Shown piece by piece: positions 12,526-26,102 of a stretch of DNA of 64,000 nt. Below the pieces are notes generated by a model. The model was not told the origin of the DNA, did not search any database, and saw only the letters and a program-made list of their open reading frames with translations. A program made the position numbers and the translations under genes. The first letter of the stretch is position 1. The number at the start of each line of letters is the position of its first letter. The stretch is from assembly GCA_012295275.1 (NCBI GenBank), contig CM022665.1, positions 14,322,001 to 14,386,000 of the forward strand, read 5' to 3'. Origin of the DNA: Chrysomallon squamiferum (taxonomy: Eukaryota > Animalia > Mollusca).

Positions 12526-14158
12526 GTAATTAATATTTATATTTTTGGGTGTAGTGTGTGTATAGCTTTATGTATTTATTTTTTGTGTGTGTATTTGGTG
12601 TAAGTCATTATAATTTGCAAATTTTGTAAAACCAATAGCTGGGAAAAGCATTTTAAGCATATAACACAGCAACAGGAACTTGTTAGAATATAAACACTGC
12701 TATAGTTCTTTTCTATGAATAGTCTTTTATCTCACGATCATGATGTTACATTTCTTTCATGTAAATAGTGTTATATATCTTTGACATAAATATGGTTATG
12801 CAATTACATTAAATACACTTATGATAATGTATGTAAACAACATTACATTTCAAGTGCACTGTTTGTGTGTGGTCTGTGTTTTATCAGTCTTACACAAGCT
12901 ACGTCTTCCTTTGTCTGCATTCTACCTCACATCCTTCCACCTGGCTTGTACATTCCATAGTTCTAATGAAGCAGTATTGCCTCAGATTCCAGTCCTGGAG
13001 TATTTGGTACCAGCCGGTAATTGGAAAATAATTTTGTTCTTGGGCAGTAAAGTACACTTAAAGTAAATCAGAGGGTGGCTGTAAAAGTGTTGGTTAACTT
13101 AAACAAATCTTCAAGGCATTATTGAAGGCATGATTAACAAAGGTTATATATTCACCTTAACTGTTCGAAGCAGTTGACATTATGGATGAATCCTTGAACA
13201 GTGTTAGACAAAATTAATGATTTCTATAAAATCCCTTCTCAGTTTAAAGTATCCAGATTGACCATCAACAATTGATTATTTGATTAATTTATCAGAAAAG
13301 CATACTATGCCAGGGTCTTTTGTATATCTACAACATAGCACTAGTTGGAATGGGAATTTGTTCATTGGCTTCATTGAGCAGTGAGCAGATAAATATTAGC
13401 TGTTACGCCTCAGGCAGTTGGCCTTGTTTTCTGAATTTTAACTTGCCTTTATTGTTGACAAGTAGCAAGTCTATCAGGGAGTTGATATTTTGTTACACAT
13501 GATACCGTTAGATGGTTTAATAGCAAGGGGTGTCTCATTGTGTTTTGAAAAATGGAGGTGTTTTATTATTCTGTTAGTTATGCACTGATAGCACAGTCAG
13601 GTGAATCATGCCTTTGGACTAATCCATCTTTTTTAAAACAGTCAAAAGAGTACCGCTAGTGTGATGTGCTTCAGTGATTTAGGTGAAATGCCTTTTTATT
13701 TTATATTAGTTGAGAAATTTAATACCTGTATAAAAGTTTTTATTCAAAATCTTGTTTCTTAATTTTTAATTTTTTTTTTGTTAAGAAAATTTAAAATTTT
13801 ATAGGCACTTCTTACAGCTATTGGTGCTTTTGTAAAATTTGTAAAAATTTTATTTTATTATTTTTTAATATTTTTATTTCTAATATTTACAAAATCTAAG
13901 CTTGTATTTATAATTAAATTGCATAGGAATGATACTTAGTTTATGCAGCCACCTACTGCTTCATGCTTAATTTTCATACTCATTAAAGTCTGGGAATTTT
14001 GTTTGATTTAAGACATTCCATCCCTAGCCAGTGCTTATTGGTTGGTTTATCAAAGCTGCTGGCATGTAGGCCTACTTCCTGTCTTTGGGAAGATGACTAT
14101 AAAATATTTCTTGTTGTTCATAAACAAAAGAAAAACTCATTTTATATTTTATTATTGG

Positions 14159-14160
<2 letters not shown>

Positions 14161-14211
<51 letters not shown>
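14161..14211. repeat. (CA)n microsatellite
   Basis: Visible directly in the sequence. Confidence 0.97.
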
Positions 14212-14213
<2 letters not shown>

Positions 14214-14528
14214 ACATACATCTGACAATTTAAAATGTTTTATATATATGAAATAGGTAAAACATATTTGAATAACAGATGCTATTTTTAAAAACAGCTA
14301 AATATAAGTATGTTGCCCAAAGGCACATAGTTTAATAACACAAATTCTTTATTTGAGATTGTAGTGAAAGGTCACAGTATTTTTTTTCACTGAAATGTTC
14401 TGAATATAAATGTAGAAGAAAGTCTGAAGAGGTCCTAAAACTAAAAAATAATTCATGAAGCCTATTTAAAGCATAACATCTTAATACTTTACCACATTAA
14501 CAAAACTAAATGTTATGAAAATAACCTT

Positions 14529-14567
<39 letters not shown>

Positions 14568-15269
14568 CCCCATCTTCTTTCTGTTAAATATTCGGGCTGG
14601 TAAATCATCACATGTGTAACTCATAGTTTCAAAAATATCAAACATCTGCAATTCACCTTGGTTCATTTACAAAGAAAATTAGTTTATTAGGATCTTTTTT
14701 GGATCAGTCAGTCCAAGTGCAAGGAGTATAGAAATAGGATGTACATTTTGAATTAACAGCCAAGAATGTTTAGTGCTGAATTTAAATATGGCAAAGTCCC
14801 GAGTTTTGTGAAGCTGTAGAAATTTGGCAAGTACTAACATAAAATTGTTAGTTGAAAGTTTGACAGAAACCTTCACACTTAAGCTGTAACAGTATATTTT
14901 GTGATTTAATATTGGTACATCAGGTTTTTTATGTTTTAAAGTGGTTTATTTCTTACTGGATGGCACCATTTTTATTATTTCATGATGCTGTAGATGATTA
15001 ATGTTATTTAAAATGTTATTTATATGTCACACATATGTCGCACTGGGGCAAACCATTTTCAGTGTAATAGATGATTATTTATAATAATATATTGGTACAG
15101 ACCTTTTTCAGTGTAACTTAGTTTGAGATTGTTTATATATATTCTTTAATTAATTTAAACTTGTTTAACTTACAACTTAAATAAACCTTGTCTTGTTAAT
15201 ATTTCTGTTTTTCTCTTTATATTTGTGTAAACAGCTTTACAATTATGAAACCTGATGCTGCACTTATCA

Positions 15270-15357
15270 GTGGATTTTCTACATGCATTTATGTTACCCC
15301 AAAGGCATGAAAGCACACACCACAGCCTTTAATAATTAATTACTCAGATACTGGTTT
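15270..15357 (-). mobile_element. SINE core fragment in FRS2 intron
   Basis: AGCACACACCACAGCCTTT matches the 44078 copy (AGCACACACCACGGTCTTT), with the CpG decayed. Confidence 0.45.
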
Positions 15358-17067
15358 CCCAAAATAACTCCAAAACATAAAAGTACATTAATAATTTTTT
15401 TTTTTCTTTGTTGATAGTGAAACAGTTACTAAAATTTTTAATGGAGGCACTGACCCAAAACATGCCTGCATAGCAGCTGGGTAAGCTGGATAATGTTACC
15501 TGTACCGTTACGTAGAAACATTATCTGAGACATTTAAAAAAAAAAAAAGAAAAAAAAAGAATAATTGAATGGCATCATTTTTCCCTAGGTGTTTTCAATA
15601 GCTCCAGATTGTATTAATGAAGAATATAAGAACAGAAAAAGCCAGTATTGTGTTTCTGTAGTTAACAATTTTCAAATTAAAAATGACCTGTTGGAGTTAT
15701 TATATAAAGAATATATTGTATTCAGAGTATTTCTTGAAAACAAGTTATGGTAATGTGACGAAAAATGTTTGTGTAAAATGAAAATGAAAATGTTGAACAC
15801 TTTCTGAAAATGAAACTGATGTATAAAGGTATGTTTTTAAAAATTTTTTTTAACAAGTTAACAGGAAGAATGAAAATTTTAAGTGTCAACTATTTAATAC
15901 AAAAGAGCAAATATGGCACATTTAATGTTCTACTCCTGCTGAAAAGCAGTATAGTATCTTTTGGGTGCAGCTTGCCATGGATTGGAAAGCACATAACAGA
16001 TGCTTTGATAAAACCAGATAGGTTGGAACAGGACATCAGTCTAAAACTGATTACTGAGCTGTAGCTGCTTTCTTTTTGTTAATGATTAATAGTGTAATGA
16101 AAGTGGTATATCATTGTTTTAAGATTGAATAGTGTTTACAACATTTATAATGTATTTGTTGTTTGCTGCTGTTGCATATCCAATCATTCGCCAAAGTCTT
16201 TGATAATATTTACAGTGATCACTAAGGTTAATGGTTGTTTTAAGGTCCAAATTATTTGAAAATTGGTTGTGTTGATAGTGTTCTTTCTTTTTATTAGGAA
16301 TTGCAGTCAGCTGTTTATTTAGCAGATTAATAGGTTACACAATAATTTGTGCATACTCTTTAAATAAATACTCATAAAGTAAGTTCTTTATATCCACGTT
16401 AGAGAAGACAACTTTTAATAGGAAATGCTAAATGCAGTAAAATATACTAACGTAAAATTCCATAGTGTTAGCTAAATTAGATGTATGTGCAACGGGGTAA
16501 TCAAATGTGGATATGCTGCAATTTATAAAACATTTCAGTAAATGCAGGTTTGATTATCAAAAGCATTGTTGACTGAGATACATTTACTAGGATTTACTAA
16601 ATATTATGAAACATATCTTAAGCAACAAATTACAAGTGTTTTAAGGAAATCAGTGAAAATCATATTTAACAATTTGGGAAAAACAAAGACTATATTGAAA
16701 TTGTGGACATTTGTATAATTTTATATTGATAATAGACCATATCATTTATTTCTGTTTCTACTTTTAAAAAATTATTTATTTCATAATGGTCCAGACCATT
16801 TACACGCATGCACGCACACACACACACACACACATACATACATTATGTACAAAATATGTTATTTAATATATTTATTACATACTGATACCTCACATTTACA
16901 TTATTCTGTGACAGCCCCTTATTTAGACTGTTTAATCTTATTAGAATTACCTTATTTCATGATTATTTATATTACATTAGTACATTCCAGAATGTGTTTT
17001 TGTGTGTGTATATATATATATTAATTATATATATTTATTTATCTTCAGAAGCAGTGATTTGCACATG

Positions 17068-18339
17068 ATGGGTTGCAGCTTCTCTCGCAGTAATGGAAGG
17101 GAGACAAACACAAGAGTGTTCCGTGTGTACAATGTGGATGATCAGGGCTTAGAACTAAACCCTGGCAAGATTGAAGTTGGGGACACAGATCTCATTCTGT
17201 ATCAGCGTGGAAAGGAGCCCATCCGTTGGCCCCTGCGTTGTCTAAGGAGATATGGCTTTGATGCTGAGTTATTCTCATTTGAAAGTGGGCGGCGTTGTCC
17301 CACTGGTGCTGGGATCTATGCCTTCAAGTGCCGCAATGCTGAATCATTATTCAACATGGTGCAGGAGTGTATTCAGCGGGCAGGCCAGGAGGATGTTAAT
17401 CGTGCTAGTCAGAACATTCTTGGTCCTTCCAGTCGCCCTAATAGTAGGCCACAGTCTATGAATGACAACCATGACATGTACAGGGTTGTTGTAGTTGGTG
17501 GGGGTACTGGTGGAGGAGGTAGTGGTGTTGCTGGAAGAAGCAGCTCAGTAGGTAGTGCTAATGGGATGCATTTGTACATTAATGGGTCAGTCATACCAGA
17601 GCCAAATCATGAGTACATCAATACTGGGATTCCTACATCCAGTCCTCTTATGATGGATCAGACATCAGCTCTGTTTGACTTCCTTCACAATCCTCAGATA
17701 CAGGCTGCTTCTCCAGAACCTGCTGTCAACTATGCTGTACTGGACCTACCAAAGAGCAATGAGAACTTAGTTGCATTGTGTGATGATGCTAGTGCTACTG
17801 GACAGGACAGTATTGCTGACTCTAGAGTTGAGATCAGCAGCATGTCTGGTGCTGTTGGAGCTGATGATGTCGTTTTCTTGTCACAGGATGGAGATGGTGC
17901 AGCTGATTCTGATTGTACTGCCTGTCCCATGTATATTAACATTGGTTCTGAAGTGTTCTTTTCATCGAAAGACAAGGGTTTGCCAAATGGATTGAGTATC
18001 AAACCATCAGCAGATCACAATTATGCAAATCTGGGTCTGCCAGATGGAACTCCTCCACGTTCTCGCCACAAGGAGGTGGTCAAGGTAAACTATATTCAGC
18101 TCGACTTGAAGAACCAGTGCTCTGAAAACATCACTAATGGTGTGCTGGCATCACCAACCTCTGCAAACAGTCTGAGCCTCTTCTCTGAGTCGCCATGCAG
18201 GAAGACAGAAAGCTATGCTATGATTGACTTTGACAAGACAGTTGCTCTGTCAAACACAGCCAAAAATGTTGACGACTTGAGAGTGGAACCAGGTGTGCGC
18301 AAAACGAGACACAATTCAGTTATTCCAAATCTTCATTAG
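17068..18339 (+). CDS. FRS2: Fibroblast growth factor receptor substrate 2/3-like adaptor protein (423 aa, single coding exon)
   Basis: Starts MGCSFS (MGxxxS N-myristoylation, Cys3). IRS-type PTB domain FRVYNVDDQG...CLRRYGFDAELFSFESGRRCPTGAGIYAFKC...LFNMVQE closely matches the vertebrate FRS2 PTB. Has YxN motifs, VNYIQLDL and SYAMIDF SHP2-type motifs and C-terminal RKTRHNS, as in FRS2/FRS3. The track ORF start at 17002 is intronic: splice acceptor ttcAG at 17047-17048, ATGs at 17065 and 17068, stop TAG at 18337-18339. Confidence 0.96.
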   Translation: MGCSFSRSNGRETNTRVFRVYNVDDQGLELNPGKIEVGDTDLILYQRGKEPIRWPLRCLRRYGFDAELFSFESGRRCPTGAGIYAFKCRNAESLFNMVQECIQRAGQEDVNRASQNILGPSSRPNSRPQSMNDNHDMYRVVVVGGGTGGGGSGVAGRSSSVGSANGMHLYINGSVIPEPNHEYINTGIPTSSPLMMDQTSALFDFLHNPQIQAASPEPAVNYAVLDLPKSNENLVALCDDASATGQDSIADSRVEISSMSGAVGADDVVFLSQDGDGAADSDCTACPMYINIGSEVFFSSKDKGLPNGLSIKPSADHNYANLGLPDGTPPRSRHKEVVKVNYIQLDLKNQCSENITNGVLASPTSANSLSLFSESPCRKTESYAMIDFDKTVALSNTAKNVDDLRVEPGVRKTRHNSVIPNLH

Positions 18340-18767
18340 CAGTTGCCATGACAGTTGTATTAACATTCATAGCTTGATGAGTTGTATACTTTTATCAGTG
18401 TTGTGCAGATATCATCCAGTTTTATTTTTTATGAAAACCACAAATTGTACTTTTTATCATGAGACTGCTCTGAATTTATTTTTTGTAATAAAGCTCTTTC
18501 TATTTGCCCCATACAAGCAATATAATGTTGAAAAAGAAAGAAATTTGGTGCAGTTACATAAAAAAACACCCAGCTGTATTCATTATGTATATAATATGTG
18601 AAGTTGTTTTGAATACTCAGAAAAAGGACTTGATCTTAAGAGTAGCCCAGGGTATTTTGGCTGCCACAGAAAAAAAAAAAAAAAAAAAAAATAACGTCTG
18701 CTCAGAAGCTCATGTTTTATTTTATGGTGATTAATTGTTTAATTTTAATATATATTTTTTTTATTTG

Positions 18768-18798
<31 letters not shown>

Positions 18799-19720
18799 CT
18801 AAATAATATATCATGCCAAGAGAGGTAAAAGCTACATGAAAACTTTATGGAGGATAGGAAATCTTGTTTTTGTAGAATTTTTGTTATTAAAAATAATCAT
18901 TACATTTTATATATGTTTGTTGTAGAAAAAAATTAGTTTTTATTTTATCTAGTTGATATCTTTGACTTTATAACATTTAAAACTTTTAACATCATATTAC
19001 AAGTTTATTAAATTCATTATATTGTTTTATTCTTTCTTTTATTATTATTATTATTAATCTTTTTAACATAAAAAGGAAAAAAAGAAAATTACACAGACAT
19101 GTAATACAGTATAATAAATGTTGATCATATTAAAAATAATTATTAATTTTGTCACAAGATTTAAAAGTTCTTTATAACCAGTATTTTATGTTTATGATTA
19201 CTTGTGAATAATGAAATATGTGACTTTTTATTATTATTACTATTTTTCTTAAATTTCTTCTTAGTATTTCTTTTAGTTTATATTTTAAGAGCATCAGTTA
19301 TCTTATATTTCATACCTGCATAAAACATATTGAACATTTCATAACAAATTTTTACCTTTTATTTCTCAGAATTATCAAAATTGAATTTGAAAAATATTAA
19401 GTTTGGAATTATGTTATTTTTTAAATTTCTGTTCGTGCAGCATCATTCATAGTGTAAAGTATTTCTCATGATTCATGATTCATAATAAAAAATATTTTGC
19501 AATAATTATGACAAATTTTACTCCTGTGAAGTATTTCTGAATATGTGTGTTATTGTAATAATAATTATATTAAAACTATAACAGTATTTTGTAATAAATT
19601 ATTTACAGTGAGAGTAATCTATCCTTATTCAGTTTAATACTAACAGTGGTAGGAGTGATCTCCCATACTGTTTGTGTGTTGAGATTTCCAGTTACATTTT
19701 GTTAAATACAATTTTGTTTT

Positions 19721-19766
<46 letters not shown>

Positions 19767-21169
19767 TAATAATAACAAATTTATATGGTAAAGAGTTTTC
19801 ACTCAGATTTTGGTGTCAGTATTCCTTTAAATGGTGCAGACATCATACAGTATTAGTATTTTGTGTTCAAGTCTGGATGACTTCAAAAGAAGTCTGTCCT
19901 GTTTGTAAGGAGAGATTCAGATAGATAAACTTCACAGATGCCTATGGTAGTGCTAACAGATACCCTAAATATACTTTATATACTTTCAAGTGAATGTTTT
20001 TTTCTTTTTTTTCTTAAAGTTTACCTGTTGTCATGCTTACAAATAGTTAAAAATATTTTGTGTACTTACAAATAATTATTGTATTTGTTTATAGATATGA
20101 GATTGTTGGTATGACAATAATGTGAAATGTCAATAATGATTTTTGGAGAATGCCATTTTCTTTTTTAAAGACTTATTATTATTATTTTTTTTATTTTTTT
20201 TTATATTTTAATACTTTTGGTTTTCTGTCAGTATTTTTTACTAGCAGTGAAGTATTTCTGTGTAAACAGAACTTGATGGGTCACCACTTTATCAGTTACC
20301 TGATATAAATTGCATCTAGTCATGGGTTGTTAATGTGTTTGTATTCACAGTGAATTGAATATATATATATGTCTCTTTAACTTAGTGCAACTGTAGTTAT
20401 TTATTGCTTTATTAATACTATTTCATTGTGTATTGACACAGTTGTGTTGTATGCAGCCATACATACTGTATGTAGCACAGTTCCACTGTATCAAGCAGAA
20501 TTCATCGCTGCATTGGCTGTTACTGATGTATTATATTTTGTGACATGCCAGTAATAGTGAAGATTTCAGTTATCACAAGGCTTAGTAACATCTGCACTCA
20601 TCTAGACAAACTGCAGATCATTTTGTGAAAGTCTGGCCTGAGATATGATAGACTGCAAGATCAATCCTTATCAATGCACCCATTGAGCTATTTCCCATTC
20701 CTGCCATTATCCTGTGACAAATTTACAATGGTGGTCATATTTACACAGTTTGGGAAAATTCATTTAAGAGATGCTTTGCTGCTGTTGGAAATAATTTGGG
20801 ATGTTTCCTCTGAAATTTATATGTTGGAAAGTACTTGAATATTACATTAAACATAAAAAATAGAACCTATACAGACAGACAGAACAGGAAGTATTACCAG
20901 TATTTAATCAGTAAAATGAACAAGTATATAAAATGTATTTAGGTTATATTTGCACCAGTGACTTTAAATCTTTGTTATTTCAGTTTAGTTGTTAAAAAAG
21001 TCATTGACATGTTGGGTAATTTTTTATTTTCTGTTTATTAAAATCAGTCTTCAAAAACAATTAAGAACATGCCAGAATTCTGTAGAAAAAAAAACAACAT
21101 TTAAATTTTCACATATTACTTACTTTTGAAAATAACTTTTCTTGTAAAAATGTCTTCAAGAATAAGAAT

Positions 21170-21400
21170 ACAGTTGTCATAGGTTTTAAGAATGTAATAT
21201 TGTTGCTGGTCTTAGAATAATATAATACAATGATTGTCACAGGAAAATGAAGTGGTTGTTGCAGGCATTAGTATCATGATGTGGTTGTTACAGGTGCCAG
21301 AAACATGGTGTAGTTGTCATATTTGTTAGGAAAATGATGTGGTGTTTGCAGGTATTACAAACATGATGTGGTATTATTATTGCAGATGTAGCAGTTCAAC
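21170..21400. repeat. Degenerate 29-bp tandem repeat
   Basis: ATGATGTGGTTG-like motif at 21247, 21276, 21305, 21334 and 21363. Confidence 0.8.
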
Positions 21401-24400
21401 ATGGTTGTACATGTTGGCAATAAGAATGGTTGTTTTAGAATAGTTTTCAGTTACAGTCATGCACTGGTTGTGAGAGGTTTGTAGTATTTTCAGTTATATT
21501 TTTGTTACTGATTTCAGTGTGTGTTATATTTTAGTTATTTGATGTCAGTGTGTTATATTTAAGGTTTTTCCTGAGAAGACAGATATTTTATTGTTCTGAC
21601 AAACAGAAAATTAGATTAATAACACATTTTCAGTATTTTGCATTACATATGTTTATATGTATAAATATTTTCTGTTTTGTTATCACACACAAATATACAC
21701 ATACATAATATATCAATTATATATCTTTTAATTTATTCTGACACCCAGATGCACACATACATATATCCAGTATTCTCAATGTGTAAAAAAAAGATAAAAA
21801 TAAATGAATCAAATAACAAAACAAAACAAACAAGAATAGAATTTTTCTTTTGATTTTTTTTTTGTGTGATATTAAGAGATAGATACAAAATGTAGTAAAT
21901 GTATTTTTAATCAGATACTTTTTATTTTTATTTAAGCCATTGGTCATTTTGTCATATTTTAATTGATACGTCATAGCACAGGAATACAAAATCAGTCCAG
22001 GTGAGGAATTCCTGATAGAAAAACATTTTATTTAATATTTTTTTCATTTTTACAAATAAATACAATGATTTGTTTTCTTATCAAAACTCCCAGAAATTTG
22101 TTTCATACTCTTTTTTTTTTTGTACAGTAAAAAAGAAAAAGGTACTATCTTGAACTAATTACAGATTTTCATTTTTAAGTTGACTGAATTACAGTTTTCT
22201 TTGAATTCATTTTTAATTTTCTTTATTATTTATTTTTTAAGTTGACAGAATACATCTCATCTTGTTTTTAATTCACATTTTAATTTTATTTGGTCATATA
22301 AATAGAACATTAAACTTTGACAGAACCAATTATGAATTTTAATACTATTTTTTTTAATCTTTATTGTATTTTCTTTTAAATTTAGAATGGCCTTTTTGTT
22401 AAACAAAGGAATAATATAAATACACTTTATACATCCAAATAATTCTTTCTTGTTCAAATCATATTGAATAAATCGTCTTTATTCATATTGTGTATTATCA
22501 AATATTGTTTGTTTCTTGTTACAGCATGTATTTGGCAGTATGAATAATTAGTCTGTATACTTGAAAATATTGTTTTGTTTCTTTCTACAAGGTTCAAGCA
22601 GATTATTAATGGTAGCTTTGGGTTTTTTGTCATCAGTTTTGGCTGATAATGAAATATGACAACAAGTTAACAAGTCTAAGAGCGTGCATCTTGAGTCTAT
22701 ATAATCAGTTTAGTAATAATACCTAATTAGTAATGATAACTAAATTGTTTTCAATATGATTTTTTTTTATACAGCCTACTTCTGGTTCACAACTTTTTAA
22801 CAGCAAGCTAGTGATGTCTCTTCCTTTAGTTGTTAAATTCAATCTTGGAAAATACTGATTTAATTTTGGCAACCTTTACCAACTTTAAGGCAAAAAGTCT
22901 TCCAAGATTTTATTTTAATATTAAATATTAAAACTGTTGAGTATATTAAATATTTGACATTATTAAAATTATTAAAATTACAGTCTTGTAATATTAAAAT
23001 ATTAAGTTTTAAAAACTTGTATTTTAATGAATGTTTGACATCAGAAGAAACCCATCATCACTGTTGGTCCAAGAAACATGAGGATTTATTCCACATTGTT
23101 GACAGCACTGTTATATTTTCCCTTGACATTTCAGTATAAGAAATGACACAAAAAGAAAAGTCTTACAATAACAGTCTCAGTTTATTTCCTAAGTCTTGTA
23201 AATATATCAACATTTTATTACAAGTAAGAGAATCATGTGGAAGTATATAAAATGTACTGAGACTATTGTTCAATCTATCACAGGTAGACATATATTTAAA
23301 AAGGGGAAAAAACAATAAAACAATAATAGGAATAGTAAACATTACAGGAGAAACAAGAATATTTTTATTATTGAATTAAAAAACTAATAATTTTCATCAT
23401 CGTGTATGTATACATTTGCAAATTACTTCTTTTAAAACTTCATATGACATATTTGTTTTTTGTGTTGACATTTTAAATTCATATAAAAATATTTGTTATC
23501 GAAACTTTTATGTTTCTTGTTAAAGTTAATTTATTATTTTTACTTACAGGGCTGTTTTGGATAATCTTGTATTTGTCAATTTTAGGACAAAATCATTTTT
23601 AATATATAATTTTATTTGCTTTTTTATGAGTTTTGATACTTCATACTTGTAAATGTGTGATAATGTTCTAACCAATTTTCAGCAATTTTCAATTATTAGC
23701 ATTTTGTTTTACCTGTAATTCTTTTATATCTTGGTTTTATTTTTACAATGTTATAATTTTCAAACATTAGTGATTTAGAAGCCACAAGTGACATGTGAAA
23801 AATGTACATTTAACAAGCCTATTTAACATTTTGTTTTTGCCACATAAAGTCATATTCTGGACTTAGATCATGAGTATTATTATTTTACAATAATAATGTA
23901 TTACAAGCCACAAATCTCATGTGAAAATCTTTTACATTTAACATTTTGTTCTTGGCATGTATTGTTGACTATTTGTATTATTTTTTATTTGTATTTACTT
24001 TTTCTACAAACCACAGTGTATATTATTGATGCAAAATGTTTGAAGGTTGTTTTTATTTGTGTTTCTTTCAGTACTTATTTGTAACAATAGTTTATCCAGT
24101 TACCAATAAGCATTACTGATGAAATTGGAATAAAAGTAAAAATACAAACTGAGATACAGTCATTCTAGGAATTAAACAATAAAAATAATGAGATTTAAAT
24201 AAATAAATAAATTAATAAATAAATAAAGAAAAAGATTGTTACTAGTCTTTTGTCTGATAAAAATAATGTGTAAAAAAATGTTCAGTATTATAAAATATAA
24301 TAAAACATTTTTTAATTTGCAAAATATATCTTGATTGAGCCATATATTAAAATTGTAAGCATTATTTTAATGCACTGAAATGGAATGTTATTTAGAGATG

Positions 24401-24446
24401 TTGTATATTTGTCATAATTATGGCTCATAATCTATTAAAAAAAAAA

Positions 24447-24522
24447 ATTAATTGTAATGAAAACAAAAAAGGATTATAAAATTTTTTTTTAATTGTAATG
24501 AAAACAAAAAAGGATTATAAAA
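24447..24522. repeat. Recent tandem duplication (41-bp period)
   Basis: TTTAATTGTAATGAAAACAAAAAAGGATTATAAAA at 24447 and 24488. Confidence 0.9.
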
Positions 24523-25560
24523 AAGATGTTTATATTACATAACAGAATTAAAAGAAAAATATTTTCAGGTAAATTGTAAATGTAATTTTAAACAGATAAC
24601 TATTTTAATTCATTATGGTTGTTATTCAAAGATTATATATAATTATAAAATATGTTATATTGAGTAAAATTTTAAAATATGTAAATGTTTTAATATATTC
24701 TAATCTAATACGGTTGTTGTTCAAACAGTATATTTAATAGACATTAAAAAATATACACTGTTATAAAATATATAGGGCTAGGAAAATACGTTTGGTCAAA
24801 TATTTAATGAAATTTTAAGTAATTTAAATTTTTAATATAAACTGAAAGATGGTGAAATATAAGACTTTAGAATATGTTTCTGACTTTCTGTTATAATATT
24901 AGATAACCCAGTGTTAACAAATAGCTAAATGTTTATATGGAATCTAAACAAAAGTTTGAAGTCTTCAAATAAAGCGTGAATTTTTTTTAAAGTAATAATA
25001 TAAATACAATAAGCTAAAAGATAAAACATTTTTCACATCCATCATCAGAAATTCATGTTTTCCTAAGATGACCAAAAATGAAATGTTTTTGTTTTGAAAA
25101 AATACCACAAAAAGTTAGAAATGATTAATGTAAATGAATATCTCCTGGTGTCTTGTTGTTTCTATAGTAATTCCAGTTTGTTACTCATGTCCATAGTTTT
25201 ATTTAGAAGACTGTTGAAAATCATTGTTGAAAGATAAACATTTTAAAAAGTGGTTTGTGTGGTAAAAATACTTGTATATTTTGTACTTTAGATTGAAAGA
25301 AGAAATTCTTAAAAAGTGCATTTAATGAAGCATGTGCAATACATTTTATTCTGATGTGTTCATTGGTTTTCAGTTTTATTTTTATTACTTGTAATGTTGT
25401 CTATAACTCTTGTGTACAGTGTAACAAATGTAGATTTGTACTTATACTTACTATTTAATGTTACTGCTTCAGTTAAATTGTAAAATTTAGTGTACAGACT
25501 GTCAAACTTCAGAACTATTGAGATATTACTTATTGAGATCTCAGTATAAAAATAATTATC

Positions 25561-25645
25561 TAGATAAAGCTTTATTTCAGTGTAAACACTGAAATATTTT
25601 TATACTGTTTTATTTCAGTGTTACATTGAAATAAAACTTTATCTA
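25561..25645. repeat. Inverted repeat with ~35-bp arms
   Basis: TAGATAAAGCTTTATTTCAGTGTAAACACTGAAATA (25561-25596) pairs with TATTTCAGTGTTACATTGAAATAAAACTTTATCTA (25611-25645), with 2 mismatches and 1 indel. Confidence 0.9.
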
Positions 25646-26102
25646 TGACACTATATTGCATAACATGATGCTGTGAGTATATAAAATAAAAATGAAGATA
25701 TACCAGTGCATGTTTTTTGTGTCACCATCATTATGGTGTACATGTTTGGTACAGTTTAATGATATTTAATGAATATTCATAATCACATATTAAATAAATT
25801 TTGATTTATTTAATGATACGGTACAAACTATGTTTGTGAAAATTAAACAGTTGTATATCATCCATGTATCTATAGTGTTTACTGCTCATTGTAATAATGT
25901 ACAGAGTTACTTACTGCATGTATATACTGAGATTTGTTATTAGGTTTCTGCTGTATTAACAAGATAGAGAAAGTATTGGTTAATGTGTTTTGACTGGATT
26001 TTTACAAATTTGAGACATTACAGAATTTCTCTTTGTCCCGCAAGACATTACGAATTTGTTACAAGAAACTTTACTGACATGCTCATGTCTTAGAGCCATT
26101 GA

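Noticed and set aside
17002-17064. N-terminal 21 residues of the track ORF (MCVYIYINYIYLFIFRSSDLH)
   Set aside because: Starts at a non-ATG codon in AT-rich intron sequence upstream of the acceptor at 17047-17048; FRS2 homology begins at MGCSFS.
17252-18002. Overlapping alternative-frame and antisense ORFs within FRS2
   Set aside because: Short shadows of a GC-richer coding exon with no recognisable motifs.
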